From assembly GCA_028534125.1 (NCBI GenBank), contig CM052816.1:17238001-17302000 (forward strand): DNA of 64,000 bases, written 5' to 3'. Numbering within the stretch: the first letter of the stretch is position 1; every line of letters begins with the position of its first letter. This stretch comes from Lama glama. Its lineage: Eukaryota. The translations under genes and the position numbers were made by a program. The notes below the pieces were generated by a model, which was not told where the DNA came from, searched no databases, and worked only from the letters and a program-made list of their open reading frames with translations. Shown one piece after another: positions 12,291 to 24,003 of the stretch.

Positions 12291-13809
12291 ACTCTTGTGA
12301 TCCTGGAGTGTAGAGTAAGAAGATTATTTTGAAATTGAAGTACAGTGATAAAAGAGCCTTACTGACAGTTCATACTTAGATATACTAGGAATTATTATTT
12401 TTGGTAGAGCTTTTGAATGTGCCAGTGAGATCAATGCAATGTTTTTACAAAACTATGATCAAAATCTTGTGATGAAAGTTACAGATTGTATTACTATATA
12501 CTTTGGTTGTCTGCAGTAGATGATTGTATCAGGGCTTGGTGAAATCCCCCCAAACCAATGATGAGAATTAGAATCATTAGAATTTGAACTTAATTATATG
12601 CAATTTTAATCATTGAAAGAAACCCTGTTGATTGATACTTATGAATGAAAAGTGCTTTATATGTTACTTCAAAAGCTGGAAAATAGACCATATTTAGAAT
12701 TCTGTGCAGCAAAAGAAGCTAGATTTCAGGTAAATTATTCTGTACACATAGGCAATCCCAAACAAACAGATCACTGCTAATATACTGAGAGATTTCAGTC
12801 ATCATATTGATTATCATATGGAATGGGTTCCTCAAGGAGCATATGATTCTTGATTTCATCGTTCCTAATCATTAGCATACTGTTGTTGCTCATACAAATC
12901 TTGGGTAGTTATTTTAATTTTTTCCACTCTTCTCCTAGTTTTGTTTGGAAAAAAAAAGATGCATGTTATTTTATTTCTCTATTAATGTTCTGAAATTATG
13001 ATAATAAATATCATTTAACTAAAAATGTTTAGATCCTGAATGATCTGGAAAGGCTTTATACATAATCTGAACTCACTGAACAACAATTAAATACCTCTCT
13101 TACAGCTCATTTAGTAGACTGACCTGTTCTTTGCTCTGTTCACTGTGTATTTAGAAATTAGGAATGATCAGATTCCTGAGGAGTCGAAATGTATGTAGTA
13201 GTATGAATGTTACTTCATTCACAGGTCTGAGTATAGAACACTTCACAAATTAAATCCTACTCTGAGTTGCCACTCTTTTGGTTGATGGAAATTTGATCTC
13301 AATCAATGCAAATTATTTTCCTTTTCTGTACAAGTGAGGAAGAGAAGCTTTATTAAATTGTTATCCATGTTTGGAATTATACTACAGGCTTAAATTAGAA
13401 GTTGAAATGGACTTAACAAGTAAGATTTAATAACTTCATTTTCACATGGATCTCATATGCCTCATGAGAGGAAAATATTCAGTATAAAATCTGCTGAAGG
13501 AAATAAATATTTTTAAAAATTGAAGTTCTTATTGGACTAAGAAAAACAGTACACTACAAAACATATACTGTAAGAGTAATATAACTAAAGTTCATAAAAT
13601 TTGAAACCAAGAGTTGAGTAATTTATATACTTTAAAGGAATGTCATTCTGTGACCCTGTAATGGAATTCATAGGTATATCATTAAATCTGGTATAACCTT
13701 GCCTAGAGAAATCTAGGCAAGATGTGTGTAGGCAGCTTCACAGGAGCAGATGAGTGAGGTCTGACACCCCTGAACATGGATGCTGAGAGCACTTCTCTTC
13801 TACGTGGTT

Positions 13810-13978
13810 GTAGTCGTTTGCTAGGACTGCTTTCACAAAGTACCACACACTGGGTGGCTTAAACAACAGAATTTTATTTTCTCACAATTCTGGGGGCTAG
13901 AAGTCCAAGATTAAGGTGGTGTCAGGGTTAGTTTCTGGTGAAATCTCTTTCTGGCTTATAGACTGCTGCCGTCTCACT
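13810..13978 (-). mobile_element. MLT1 LTR 3' part (antisense)
   Basis: 'aaagtaccacacactgggtggcttaaacaacagaattttattttctcacaattctgggggctagaagtccaagat'. Confidence 0.8.
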
Positions 13979-14137
13979 TCTAGAGCCTGCAGAAAGGAAC
14001 ACAGCCCTGCAGCAGCCTGATTTTAGCCTAGTGAGACATGTCTGATTTCTTACAGACTGATGGATAATAAATTTGTGTTTTTTAAGGCACTGAGTTTGTA
14101 GTAATTTATTAGAGCAGCAAAAAGCCAATATACCATA
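13979..14137 (+). mobile_element. MLT1D-like LTR 3' part (sense)
   Basis: 'tagagcctgcagaaaggaacacagccctgc...ttttagcctagtgagac...ataataaatttgtgttttttaaggcactgagtttgtagtaatttattagagcagca'. Confidence 0.8.
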
Positions 14138-14239
14138 CACCATCATACCCTTGAAACTGACTTGTATGATTCCAAACACAGCATGTATACACACTGTTTC
14201 CTCTACTTGAAATGACATTATCTTCTTGTAGGCCTCTTT

Positions 14240-15652
14240 TTTTTAAATTTCTCTGAAACTTTATTTTCAGATAATGTTATTAAATGTATTTTTATTTTTG
14301 GTATATATATTTATTGAATTATACTCAGTTTACAATGTTATGTCAATTTCTGGTATATAGCATAAAGCTTCAGTCATACATGAACATGCATAGATTCGTT
14401 TTCATATTCTTTTTCACCATAAGTTACTACAAGATATTGAATATAGTTCCCTGAGCTATACAGTAAAACTTGTTGTTTATCTATTTTATATATATTAGTA
14501 TCTGCAAATCTCGAACTCCCAGTTTACTTCTTCCCACCCCCTTCCCCCCCTAGTAACCATGTTTGTTTTCTATGTCTGTGAGTCTTTCTATTTTGTAAAT
14601 AAGTTCATTTGTCTTTTTTTTTTAGGTTTGGATTCAACTTGTAAGTGATATCATATGTCATTTTTCTTTCTCTTTCTGGCTTACTTCACTTAGAATGACA
14701 ATCTCCAGGTCCATCCATATTACTGCAAATGGCATTATTTTATTATTTTTATGGCTGAGTAGTATTCCATTGTATAAATATACCACATCTTCTTTATCAG
14801 TCATCTGTTGATGGACATTTAGTTTCTTTCCATGTCTTGGTTATTATAAATAGTGCTGCTATGAACATTGGGGTGCATATATCTTTTTAAATTAAGGTTC
14901 CCTCAGTATATATGCCCAGGAGTGGGATTGCTGGATCATATGTTAAGTCTGTTTTTAGTCTTTTGAGGAATCTCCATACTGTTTCCATTAATGGAAACAA
15001 ACTACATTCCTCCCAGCAGTGTAAGAAGATTCCCTTTTCTCCATAGCCTCTCCAGCATTTATCGTTTGTGGACTTTTGATGATACCATTCTGACTGGTGT
15101 AAGGTGGTACCTCATTTAGTTTTGATTTACATTTCTCTAATAATTAGTGATATTGAGCATTTTTTCGTTTGCCTTTTGGCCATCTGTGTCTTTATTGGAG
15201 AATTGCCTGTTTAGGTCTTCTGCCCATTTTTGGATTGGGTTGTTTGTTTTTCTTATTAAGTAGTATGAACTGTTTATATATTCTGGAAATGAAGCCCTGG
15301 TCAGTCTCATCTTTTGCAAATATTTTTTGCCATTCCATAGGTTGACTTTTTGTTTTGCTTATGGTTTCCTTTGCTATGTAAAAGTCTTTAAGTTTAATTA
15401 GGTCCCAGTTGTTAATTTTTGCTTTTATTTCTACTGCCTGGGTAGACTACCCTAGGGGAACATTGCTGAGATTTATGCCAGATAATGTTTTGCCTATGTT
15501 TTCTTCTAAGAGGTTTATAGTGTCTTGTCTTATGTTTAAGTCTTTAAGCCATTTTGAGTTTATTTTTTTGTGTGGTGTGAGGGAATATTCTAACTTCATT
15601 GATTTATATGCAGCTGTCCTGTTTTCCCAACACCGTTTGCTGAAGAGACTAA
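14240..15652 (-). mobile_element. 5'-truncated L1
   Basis: Antisense 3' UTR plus ORF2 remnants (minus ORF 15137-15319 'NNPIQKWAEDLNRQFS'). Confidence 0.9.
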
Positions 15653-16005
15653 CTCTTATACCTACTTCCGAAGTTAGCTTCTGCTAGAAGAATTTACTGA
15701 TCTCTGGGTTTCTGCCTGTATCTACCCTAACACACAATACCTGTTGTACTTCTTAGTGCATTACTATTGTTGATTTCTACTCTTTTCCAAGACTGTTGTG
15801 CTCCTGGAGGCCAGGGACCTTTTCCCACAGCATCTAGGCCATGAATGAATTAAGTGGAGTGATGAATAAATGAAAATAGAATGTTCTAAATGCTTTTAAT
15901 TTAGAAGGCTCTTATTCTGTGTGTGAGACCGTGCTTATGTTTGTACTTGAGTGTGTGTTCTTTAGAGAAGAGATAGTCTGAGAAATGTCAATTTGTTAGG
16001 TCTTC

Positions 16006-16367
16006 TGTCTTTGTTTGGGCCAGTATAACAAAAATACCATAGACTGGGTAGCTTATAAACAACCAGAATTTATTTCTCACATTTCTGGAGTCTGGGAAGT
16101 CTAAGATCAAGGCTCTGGCAGATTCAGTATCGGTGAGGGTCCACTTCTCAGTTCACAGATGGGCATCTTCTTGCTGTGTCTTCACATGATGGAAGGAGGG
16201 CTAGAAAGCTCTTTGGGGTCTCTTTATAATGGCACTAATTCCATTCATGAGGGCTCTACTTTCATGGCCTGATCACCTCTGAAAGGCCTCACCTCCAAAT
16301 ACCAGCACATTGGGGATTAATCCTCAACCTATGAATTTGGGGGGACATAAACCTTCAGTCTATAACA
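16006..16367 (-). mobile_element. Complete MaLR solo LTR (MLT1A-like)
   Basis: TG...CA termini; flanking 5-mers tcttc (16001-16005) and tcttt (16368-16372) form a near-perfect TSD; typical 'ataccatagactgggtagcttataaacaac'. Confidence 0.9.
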
Positions 16368-16649
16368 TCTTTTAATTCTGATAATCTCCCTCAACCTCTC
16401 TCTCACTGGCAGTTAAATAACTTATTATTGGAGTTTTATATATAAGAATTCCAGGTTTACTTGGGGCTATGGCTGTGGGCCTTGTCCCAAGACCAAGGTG
16501 ATACACATTGCTTTCAAGATAATGTTCAGCCTCCACTGTTACCTGTGTGTGTGGAGGGAGAGGATAAAGTGGAATGATAGGGCTGTACACTAGCTGGGCC
16601 ACTGTTTCCTTCAATGGACAAAACCCCAGAAGCATTTGTTTGCATCTTT

Positions 16650-16945
16650 TGTTTTAAAATTAATCAATTTTAAAATTTAGATATAATTGACATATAACAT
16701 TGTATTAGTTTTAGCTGTACAACATAATGATTTACAGTACATATATATTGCAAAATGATAACCACAATACATTTAGTTAACATCTATCACCACATATAGT
16801 TACAGTTTTTTTTCTTGTGATAAGAACTTTTAAGATTTACTCTTACAACCATCAAATATACAATGTAGTATTGTTAACTATCATCAGCATGCTGTACATG
16901 ATATCCCCAGAACTTATCTTATAACTGGAAGTTTGTTCCTTTTGT
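16650..16945 (-). mobile_element. Short L1 3' end (L1MA-like)
   Basis: 'gatataattgacatataacattgtattagtttt...gtacaacataatgattt'. Confidence 0.8.
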
Positions 16946-17788
16946 CTGGTCACTTCTCCCACACTTGGGAAGCTATCTTGTTTTCCCACCAAATCCTCCT
17001 CCTTTAATATCCTCTCCCATGTGGAGGAAACAAATATAAATCCCTTCTAAAAGCCTAGATTTTGTACCAGAGGCAAGAAAATACACAAGGAGTGAAGCAA
17101 GATATAATTAATATCTCCACTGATTGAACTGGTCTGAATATTCGTGTTAGGAGAGTCTCTCTTAAGTCTAGTCCTTGTTGTGCCTTTTTTTTTTTTTAAA
17201 GCATTTTATCATGGGTATTACTCTTAGGTTGCCCAAGAGGGGAAGGGGGAGAGAGGCATGTGCCTTTGAGAGAAAACAGGTGAGAGGAGCCCCAATAATG
17301 GCATGTTGACGTTTTTGCCATTCTGTCAAGTATGGGGTTTAAAGTCAGACTTACTTTGATTTGATAAAATAAGTAATGTGACCTTTCAACATCATCATAA
17401 TGGTATAAGATTCATAATACCAGTCATTATTTTTCCTCTACAATATCAATTCAAGTGCTACATGATACTCCTACTTGAACTATTTATTTATAAATTACTC
17501 CCTTATTTAATTAGTTAGCTATTTGGGGGCAATTAAATACTTACCAGCTTTTTTTTTACTAGTATAAACAGTATTGAGATGGATATCCTTGTAGCCAAAT
17601 CCTTACATAGATCCTCAATTATTTCCTTAGGATAAATTTCCAGAAACATTATTAATGGTTCAAGAGAACAGATCAAATTTTGAGGCTATTTATGTGAGTC
17701 GCTAAAGAGTCCACTAGAAAGATTGTACCTCATCACAAATGACAGAGTGCCCCTTTGGAAAGTACCTTGAGTAAATAAAAATGGAACA

Positions 17789-18204
17789 TCTATTGGTCTG
17801 CTAGGGCTGCTGTAACAAAATACCAAAGAATAGGTGATTTAAACAACAGAAATTAATTTCCTTGCAGTTTGGGAGGTTGGGGTCCAAGGTCAAAGTACCA
17901 GCAGGATTGGGTTCTCCTGAGACCTTTCTCCTGTGCTTGCAGATGATCACCTCCTTGCTGTCTCGTCACATGGTCATTCCTCTGTGCACATATGCCCCTG
18001 GAGTCTCCTCCTCTTCTTATAAGGATACTAACCATTTTGGATTAGGGCCTCGCCCTAAATGGATGCATTTTAAGCTAATCACCTCTTTAAAGACCTTATC
18101 TTTGATTTCAGTTACATTTAGAAGTACTGGAGGGGGGAGGGCTAGAGCTTTAAAATATGAATTTGGTGGGGAGGAAGAGTGGGGACACAATTCAGTTCAT
18201 AACA
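17789..18204 (-). mobile_element. MaLR solo LTR (MLT1B/C-like)
   Basis: 'ctagggctgctgtaacaaaatacc...ggggacacaattcagttcataaca'; flanks gaaca (17784-17788) and gaact (18205-18209) resemble a 5-bp TSD. Confidence 0.88.
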
Positions 18205-19449
18205 GAACTCTAACTGCAAAAAAGTCTTGGATGTAATAAGAATTTGACTTAAAAAAAATCAGAGTTTCTGCTTTCTGAAAATATAGCTGGCCATAGTTTC
18301 CCCTTTCTTCCTCAGCTCATTATTTTTCCTTTTCTCTTGTTCTCTTTTTCTAGGTATATTCAGAAACAGTAAAATACAGTCTTTTAATGTGCAGTTATAT
18401 GAGTTGTGCAACCATTTTCCATCCCTTGCAGAAGGGATGGAAATCAAAAGTTGTCTAAATTTCAGTTATATTTTTAAACTTTTTTGTTTTGGAAGGGTGA
18501 GATACTTGTAAGCAACATAAAGCCAAGAAAGATACTCAGGCAATGATCTAAAAGGTAAAGTAGAAAAAAAGGTTTCTACTTGAATGATCTGAGAGGTAGG
18601 AAACTGACAGCATCATATAAGTGTTTATATTAACACTACTTATTCACTGTCCCTACCTTTACTGATCTAATCTCCAAAAAGAATTGGACATCCCAATTAA
18701 CTTGCATCTATCTTGGCTCTCTAAATGTCTCTTAAATATGCTGTGTTGTTTCCAATCATCCTAACCCCCTTCTCTATGTAAGGCTTATACTAGACATATG
18801 TTTCTATGAAGCTTTCCTAGTCAATAGAAATGAAACGAATTGGATCCTCAACAAGGTAGTGTGGAAGATTGTTTTTAAAACAATGTAGGAACAAACTGCT
18901 ACTTTAGGATTTACAGTTTGGATAGGAAAATAAGTTATCTCTTTCAGAAATTCATCTTTTACTGTTTTTACATTTATTTGGATGACTCTAAAATATATTT
19001 CCTCAGATCTAATCTCTTATCTGAGCTATAGTCTTGGGCATCCCAGAAAACAGAATCCCATGAATATCCCACTATCACCTAAACATTAACAACTATGTTC
19101 ATCACCTTCCCTACTCCCTCTAAAATTAAATAATTTTCTTAGATCTTCTAGTTATATCATGCTGCAGTCTTAGGCCTCCAGATTTCAAACACTAGAATGC
19201 TTTTATTTTCCTCATTCTTTATCATCAGTTAGCAAATCCTGACATACCTGAATTTTGTTTTATAACAAGTTGATAGTTTCTATTATTCTTCTAATTTTTC
19301 CAGTAGCTCTTATTCCTATCTCACATGCTGTATACTACTCTTATTAACTGCTTCTCCTCACAAGATTGTAAGGTATGTGAAGGCAGAGATTTTTGTCTGT
19401 TGTTTACTGCTATATTCCCAGCATGCAGTATATAATTTATTGGGTAAAC

Positions 19450-19680
19450 TGAGCACTTACTATGTGCAAGGCACTGTGCTCAGTGTTTACATGCAGAATC
19501 TCATTTAATTTTTTACCACACCGGGTAGGTGTTTTATTGTTCTGATTTTCAGATAATAAAACTTTTATTTTCTTTATTTAAGAAAGGTTAAGTGACTTGT
19601 CCAGTCACACAATTCAGTAGTCACACAGTTAACAGGTGGCAGAGCCAGTCTATTTTTGTCCCCAAATCCCGAAGCCTTTG
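19450..19680 (-). mobile_element. MIR SINE
   Basis: 'gagcacttactatgtgcaaggcactgtgct...tctcatttaat...ggttaagtgacttgtcc...ggtggcagagcc'. Confidence 0.8.
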
Positions 19681-20269
19681 GAATGATATTGACTCCTTAA
19701 TCTGAATTTCAGGACATTCCATAATATCAAAACCCTCAACCTATCTTATTATTCTGTCGAAAACCAGTCAAGCTGATCCATTCACTGCCCCTGGAAGCTT
19801 GTGTAGCTTGTATGTTTCTTCCAGATTTTGTTTAGATAAACGTCCTTTATAAATTTTATCTAGCCTTTGACTCTGATTCAGTGCCGCTTTCTAACAAATC
19901 ATTTCTAACAAATCATTCGTAATACACTGCATTCCAGTATACAGTGAGGAATTCGTCTCAATTTACCACATGGTTTTAGGGCTCTTGATTACATTATGTT
20001 TTATACCTTGTATCCCACTTCTTACGTCTTGCTTGGCACACAAATGGTTCAATGAATGGAAGCCATTATTTCTTGCATCCCCACCTGAGTCCCTATGGCA
20101 GTTATCAGGGGTGCGTGATACTGATAAACAATGTTCACGTGCTTAACTGCTTGCGCTCCCAGTTCAATCGAAAACGCCTTTTAAAAGCTTACGTTTTAGT
20201 TGGGAAAGAAGCACGCATAAGTAACGTAAGTGTATAAAACGGTGTGTATACTGGGGTAAAATGAAAATG

Positions 20270-22400
20270 TCTGCTGTCGGAGCGTGAAGGGAGGCTGAGG
20301 GGCGTCACGGGAAGGCTTCATGGACGGCCGAGGGCGGCGGGGGTCTCGCACCACGCCTCGGCCGTAAAGTCTGAAGCACAGTGGGTGCGCTGCTGTCCTC
20401 CACATGGCCTCGGGCTCGCTTTTGCGCAGGGCCACGTGCCGATGCTTGTCTAATCGCGCCTCGGGCTCACTATAAACGGTTAATAACCGCCCTTTGAGAG
20501 CGGGCCTCTCCCTTCCATCTTTGTGCGAACGGGAGGGGCGAGGACACCAGGTGTAGCGGCCTGGCCGAAATGCGGCGGGTAAATGCAGGCCCCGAACCCC
20601 AACAGACGAGTTTTCAAAAAGCCCGCGCGTGGCGCCCCAGGCCGCATCCGTTGGGAACGGCCCCCAGCGCGCACCCGCTCACCCCCCGCGCGGCAAATCC
20701 AGGGCGGGAGTAGGCGAGGGGGTGGCAGGCAGGATCCGCACACAGGGGGCGCCGAGGCTAGCGCGCATCGGGGAGCGCGCTCGGCCGGCGGCTGCCGAAA
20801 ACGGAAGTGGGTGCGAGCGCATTGTTGTGATTGGCTGAACTGACATGTCTCTCAAGGGGCTGGCGCGAACGCCACTGCGGAGTTGGGCGAGGGGGACACG
20901 GCAAGGGGAGGGGAGAAATCATCGGGAACAGCCGCGGGGCTGGGGGCAAACGAATAGCACAGGTGCGCGAAGGGCAGGGAGAGCCCCTAGACGGGGCACA
21001 CTGGGGACCCCAGGAGTGAAAGCGGGCGGTAGGGTCAGTGGCGGGAGCAGCGCAGGCCGAGGGCTTGAATAGACCGCGGAGGGCGGGGAGCCCGTGACCG
21101 AGACCCGCGCTGCAGCGCGGTAGGCGGGACTAAGGAGAGCGAGGTGATGATTGGCGGATAGCCCTGGGCTGCCGTACGTCGGCGGTGACGCACGCCTCGG
21201 GGAGGGTGCGCGCGCGTTCAGCGGCCTCTTTGTGTGGTGCCCAGATAGGGGAGCGGAGGTGGCGGTGGCGGTAGCGGCGGCCTTGGTTGTCTTCCAGTCT
21301 CCTCGGCTCGCCCTCTAGCCGGCACCTCTCCCCTCCCCTCCCCCTTCCTCTTTTCCTCCTTCCCTTCCCTTCCCTTCTTCCCTTCCCCGTCGGTGACCGG
21401 CGGGGGCGGCTCCAGCAACGGCTGGGCCCAAGCTGTGAAGAGGCCTTAGCCAACGATAACAGCGACGGCGAAACCTCGGAGCTCGCAGGGCGGGGGGAAG
21501 GCCCGGGCCGTGGAGATGGAGAATTCCCAGTTGTGTAAGCTGTTCATCGGTGGCCTCAACGTGCAGACGAGTGAGTCGGGCCTGCGCGGCCACTTTGAGG
21601 CCTTTGGGACCCTGACGGACTGCGTGGTAGTGGTGAACCCCCAGACCAAGCGCTCCCGTTGCTTCGGCTTCGTGACCTACTCCAATGTGGAGGAGGCCGA
21701 TGCCGCCATGGCCGCCTCACCCCATGCCGTGGACGGCAACACGGTGGAGCTGAAGCGGGCGGTGTCCCGGGAGGATTCGGCGCGGCCCGGTGCCCACGCC
21801 AAGGTGAAGAAGCTCTTTGTCGGGGGCCTTAAGGGAGACGTGGCCGAGGGCGACCTGATCGAGCACTTCTCGCAGTTTGGCACCGTAGAAAAGGCCGAGA
21901 TTATTGCCGACAAGCAGTCGGGCAAGAAGCGTGGCTTCGGCTTCGTGTATTTTCAGAATCACGACGCGGCAGACAAGGCCGCCGTCGTCAAGTTCCATCC
22001 GATCCAGGGCCATCGCGTGGAGGTGAAGAAGGCTGTCCCCAAGGAGGATATCCACTCCGGGGGAGGCGGAGGCGGCTCCCGGTCCTCCCGGGGCGGCCGA
22101 GGCGGCCGGGGTCGCGGCGGTGGTCGTGACCAGAACGGCTTGTCTAAAGGCGGCGGCGGCGGTTACAACAGCTACGGTGGTTACGGCGGCGGCGGTGGCG
22201 GTGGCGGCTACAACGCCTACGGAGGTGGCGGAGGCGGCTCGTCCTACGGTGGAAGCGACTACGGTAACGGTTTCGGAGGCTTCGGCAGCTACAGCCAGCA
22301 CCAGTCCTCCTATGGGCCCATGAAGAGCGGCGGCGGCGGCGGCGGCGGAGGCAGCAGCTGGGGCGGTCGCAGTAACAGTGGACCTTACAGAGGCGGCTAT
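20270..22400. promoter_or_regulatory. HNRNPA0: CpG island spanning the HNRNPA0 promoter, 5' UTR and CDS
   Basis: Very high GC and CpG density against CpG-depleted flanks. Motifs seen: E-box CACGTG (~20433), ETS CGGAAGTG (20802-20809), inverted CCAAT (ATTGG 20830-20834 and 21150-21154), GC boxes, and CRE-like TGACGCA (21186-21192). Confidence 0.92.
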
Positions 22401-22436
22401 GGTGGTGGGGGTGGCTATGGAGGTAGCTCCTTCTAA
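21516..22436 (+). CDS. HNRNPA0: Heterogeneous nuclear ribonucleoprotein A0, 306 aa, intronless
   Basis: ATG at 21516 in gagATGg context (the ORF track starts at an upstream GTG). Protein starts [14 protein letters not shown] and has two RRMs (RNP1 RCFGFVTY and RGFGFVYF), the MK2 site Ser84 (LKRAVS), an RGG/Gly-rich tail and an M9-like PY-NLS (GPMKS...RSNSGPY). No stops or frameshifts; lies in a CpG island next to KLHL3 as in human. Confidence 0.98.
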   Translation: MENSQLCKLFIGGLNVQTSESGLRGHFEAFGTLTDCVVVVNPQTKRSRCFGFVTYSNVEEADAAMAASPHAVDGNTVELKRAVSREDSARPGAHAKVKKLFVGGLKGDVAEGDLIEHFSQFGTVEKAEIIADKQSGKKRGFGFVYFQNHDAADKAAVVKFHPIQGHRVEVKKAVPKEDIHSGGGGGGSRSSRGGRGGRGRGGGRDQNGLSKGGGGGYNSYGGYGGGGGGGGYNAYGGGGGGSSYGGSDYGNGFGGFGSYSQHQSSYGPMKSGGGGGGGGSSWGGRSNSGPYRGGYGGGGGYGGSSF

Positions 22437-22937
22437 AAAGAAATTTAAGATGCCTGGGAGTGGCTATAGGGGTAGCCCTTTTCAACCCCCCAACTAGGGT
22501 CGACTCCTAAGCCCCTTCCCCTCCCACCGCCTTCCCCATTTTGCCCTTGGGGGAGCCACTTCTAAGGCTGCTCACCCTTGGGGGTGTTGCCGTGTTTGCC
22601 TGCCACCTCTCTTGTCTCTCCCTCTGAAGATGGACTTGGCCCCACATACACATTTTTGTGTTACAGTCATTGATGGACTCTATTTTTTTATTATTACTTG
22701 GACCTTGGTCGTTTTTATACTAGCAAAATGTCTTGTTTTAATTTGTGTTTTTTGGGGGGGGTGGGAGTGAACTTGCTGATTCTGTAGCAAAACCTTGGGC
22801 GGGGGTTGGGGTGGGGGGTAGTTTACTTTGTTGTAAGGACTTGATACCTGGCTACAGCATTTTCTATGAAATTACTTGGATCCCATGCCCGAAATTTGGA
22901 AGCATATGTACAAAAATCATTTTTACGTTTTATTTTT

Positions 22938-22943
22938 AATAAA
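22938..22943 (+). terminator. HNRNPA0: Candidate proximal poly(A) signal of HNRNPA0
   Basis: AATAAA with an upstream TGTA (22907-22910) and U-rich tract, and downstream GT/T-rich sequence. Confidence 0.7.
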
Positions 22944-23997
22944 TCATTGTGTTTGACCGTAAATGTCTAACCTTTTTTTTATAGGATCCATTCCATACCA
23001 TTTTAAGGGATATTAGTTGAAAATTTTTCGTGTTAATCCTTAATTCTTGATGTGTACTTAGAAAAACTTTTAAACGGTCCTGTGGGTTTTTTTTTTTTTT
23101 TCTTGCTGTTGCCCTGCTAGTGACTTGTTGAATTTTATCCCTTACAGACAAAACTTTGAAGTGGTGGATGTGGCTTTTTAAAATCTTTAAAGTTTCTGTG
23201 CATCCATCTCCTGTACTAAGCGATTTTGCTTACCATCTTGACATGGTTGGTCACCTCTTTCTATGAGAATTTACTTAAAAGTATGTACTGTGTAGTTCTA
23301 AAGAAATAGTTTGTGTTAAGCATGTGTTTTCATTCATATAAACTGTTTAAAATTTTCAGATGGCCTAGTTTCAGCCCTCTTACTGGTTTGTCTATATTGA
23401 ATGGTTACAAATAAGGGTTATATTTTACCCTCAGACTAAATGCGTTTTTGTATTTTCAGAGCAGGTTTAAACATTTTTTTTTTCTATAGCTGAACTGTTG
23501 TTCTCATGGAAATCCTCCCCCCAACCTTTGTAGCACCATCTACTGGCAGAATGGCAGTATATCTGCAAAACAATTTGTTTAAAAACTTGTCTAGGACAAT
23601 TGCATCAGATTTAGAAGTTTTGCCATCACAAATCTGCAGACGCTGGTTATACATTTACTTGTAACTGAGATGGGCTTTACAGGAATGTAGTTAAACAGTC
23701 CATATCACAATTCCCCTTTATACATGAGATTTGAAAATGTAAACTGCTATGCATAGCTTGGGTAAAGGCCCCAAATTGCTATGACAACTAATGAACCAGC
23801 TACATGTACTGGAATCTTAGGTGCAAGTTGTAAAGCAAAATATCTGTGTATTCTGCTTGATTAACAAATGTATATTTGTAGCCCTTTCTTGCAATAGAAT
23901 TCAAGTTGTTGTTTATAAAAAGCAAAACAAAATGATAATAGGAGAAAATTGCCTTCCTGGATAGAAATATAGAATAGCAGCGTTTATGGATATCACA

Positions 23998-24003
23998 AAT
24001 AAA
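23998..24003 (+). terminator. HNRNPA0: Candidate second poly(A) signal of HNRNPA0
   Basis: AATAAA followed ~30-55 nt later by GT-rich 'gtatgtataacctggtgggtgggtt'. Confidence 0.55.

Noticed and set aside
13698..13721. Perfect 10-bp hairpin with GAAA loop (cttgcctaga-gaaa-tctaggcaag)
   Set aside because: One or two 10-bp stems are expected by chance in 64 kb, and there is no supporting context.
19888..19917. 14-bp tandem duplication tttctaacaaatca
   Set aside because: Ordinary slippage duplication with no functional cue.
1..20000. NPY6R or MYOT exons expected from human synteny
   Set aside because: No GPCR-like or myotilin-like translation seen; presumably outside the window.
20196..21649. 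Many overlapping 60-110 aa ORFs
   Set aside because: Expected in a CpG island; no recognisable domains.
21516..22436. Intronless hnRNP A1-like ORF as a processed pseudogene
   Set aside because: The ORF is intact, lies in a CpG-island promoter, has no poly(A) remnant or TSD, and sits next to KLHL3. HNRNPA0 is naturally intronless.
21677..22485. Antisense and alternate-frame ORFs of up to 194 aa
   Set aside because: Shadows of a GC-rich CDS with few stops; low-complexity products.
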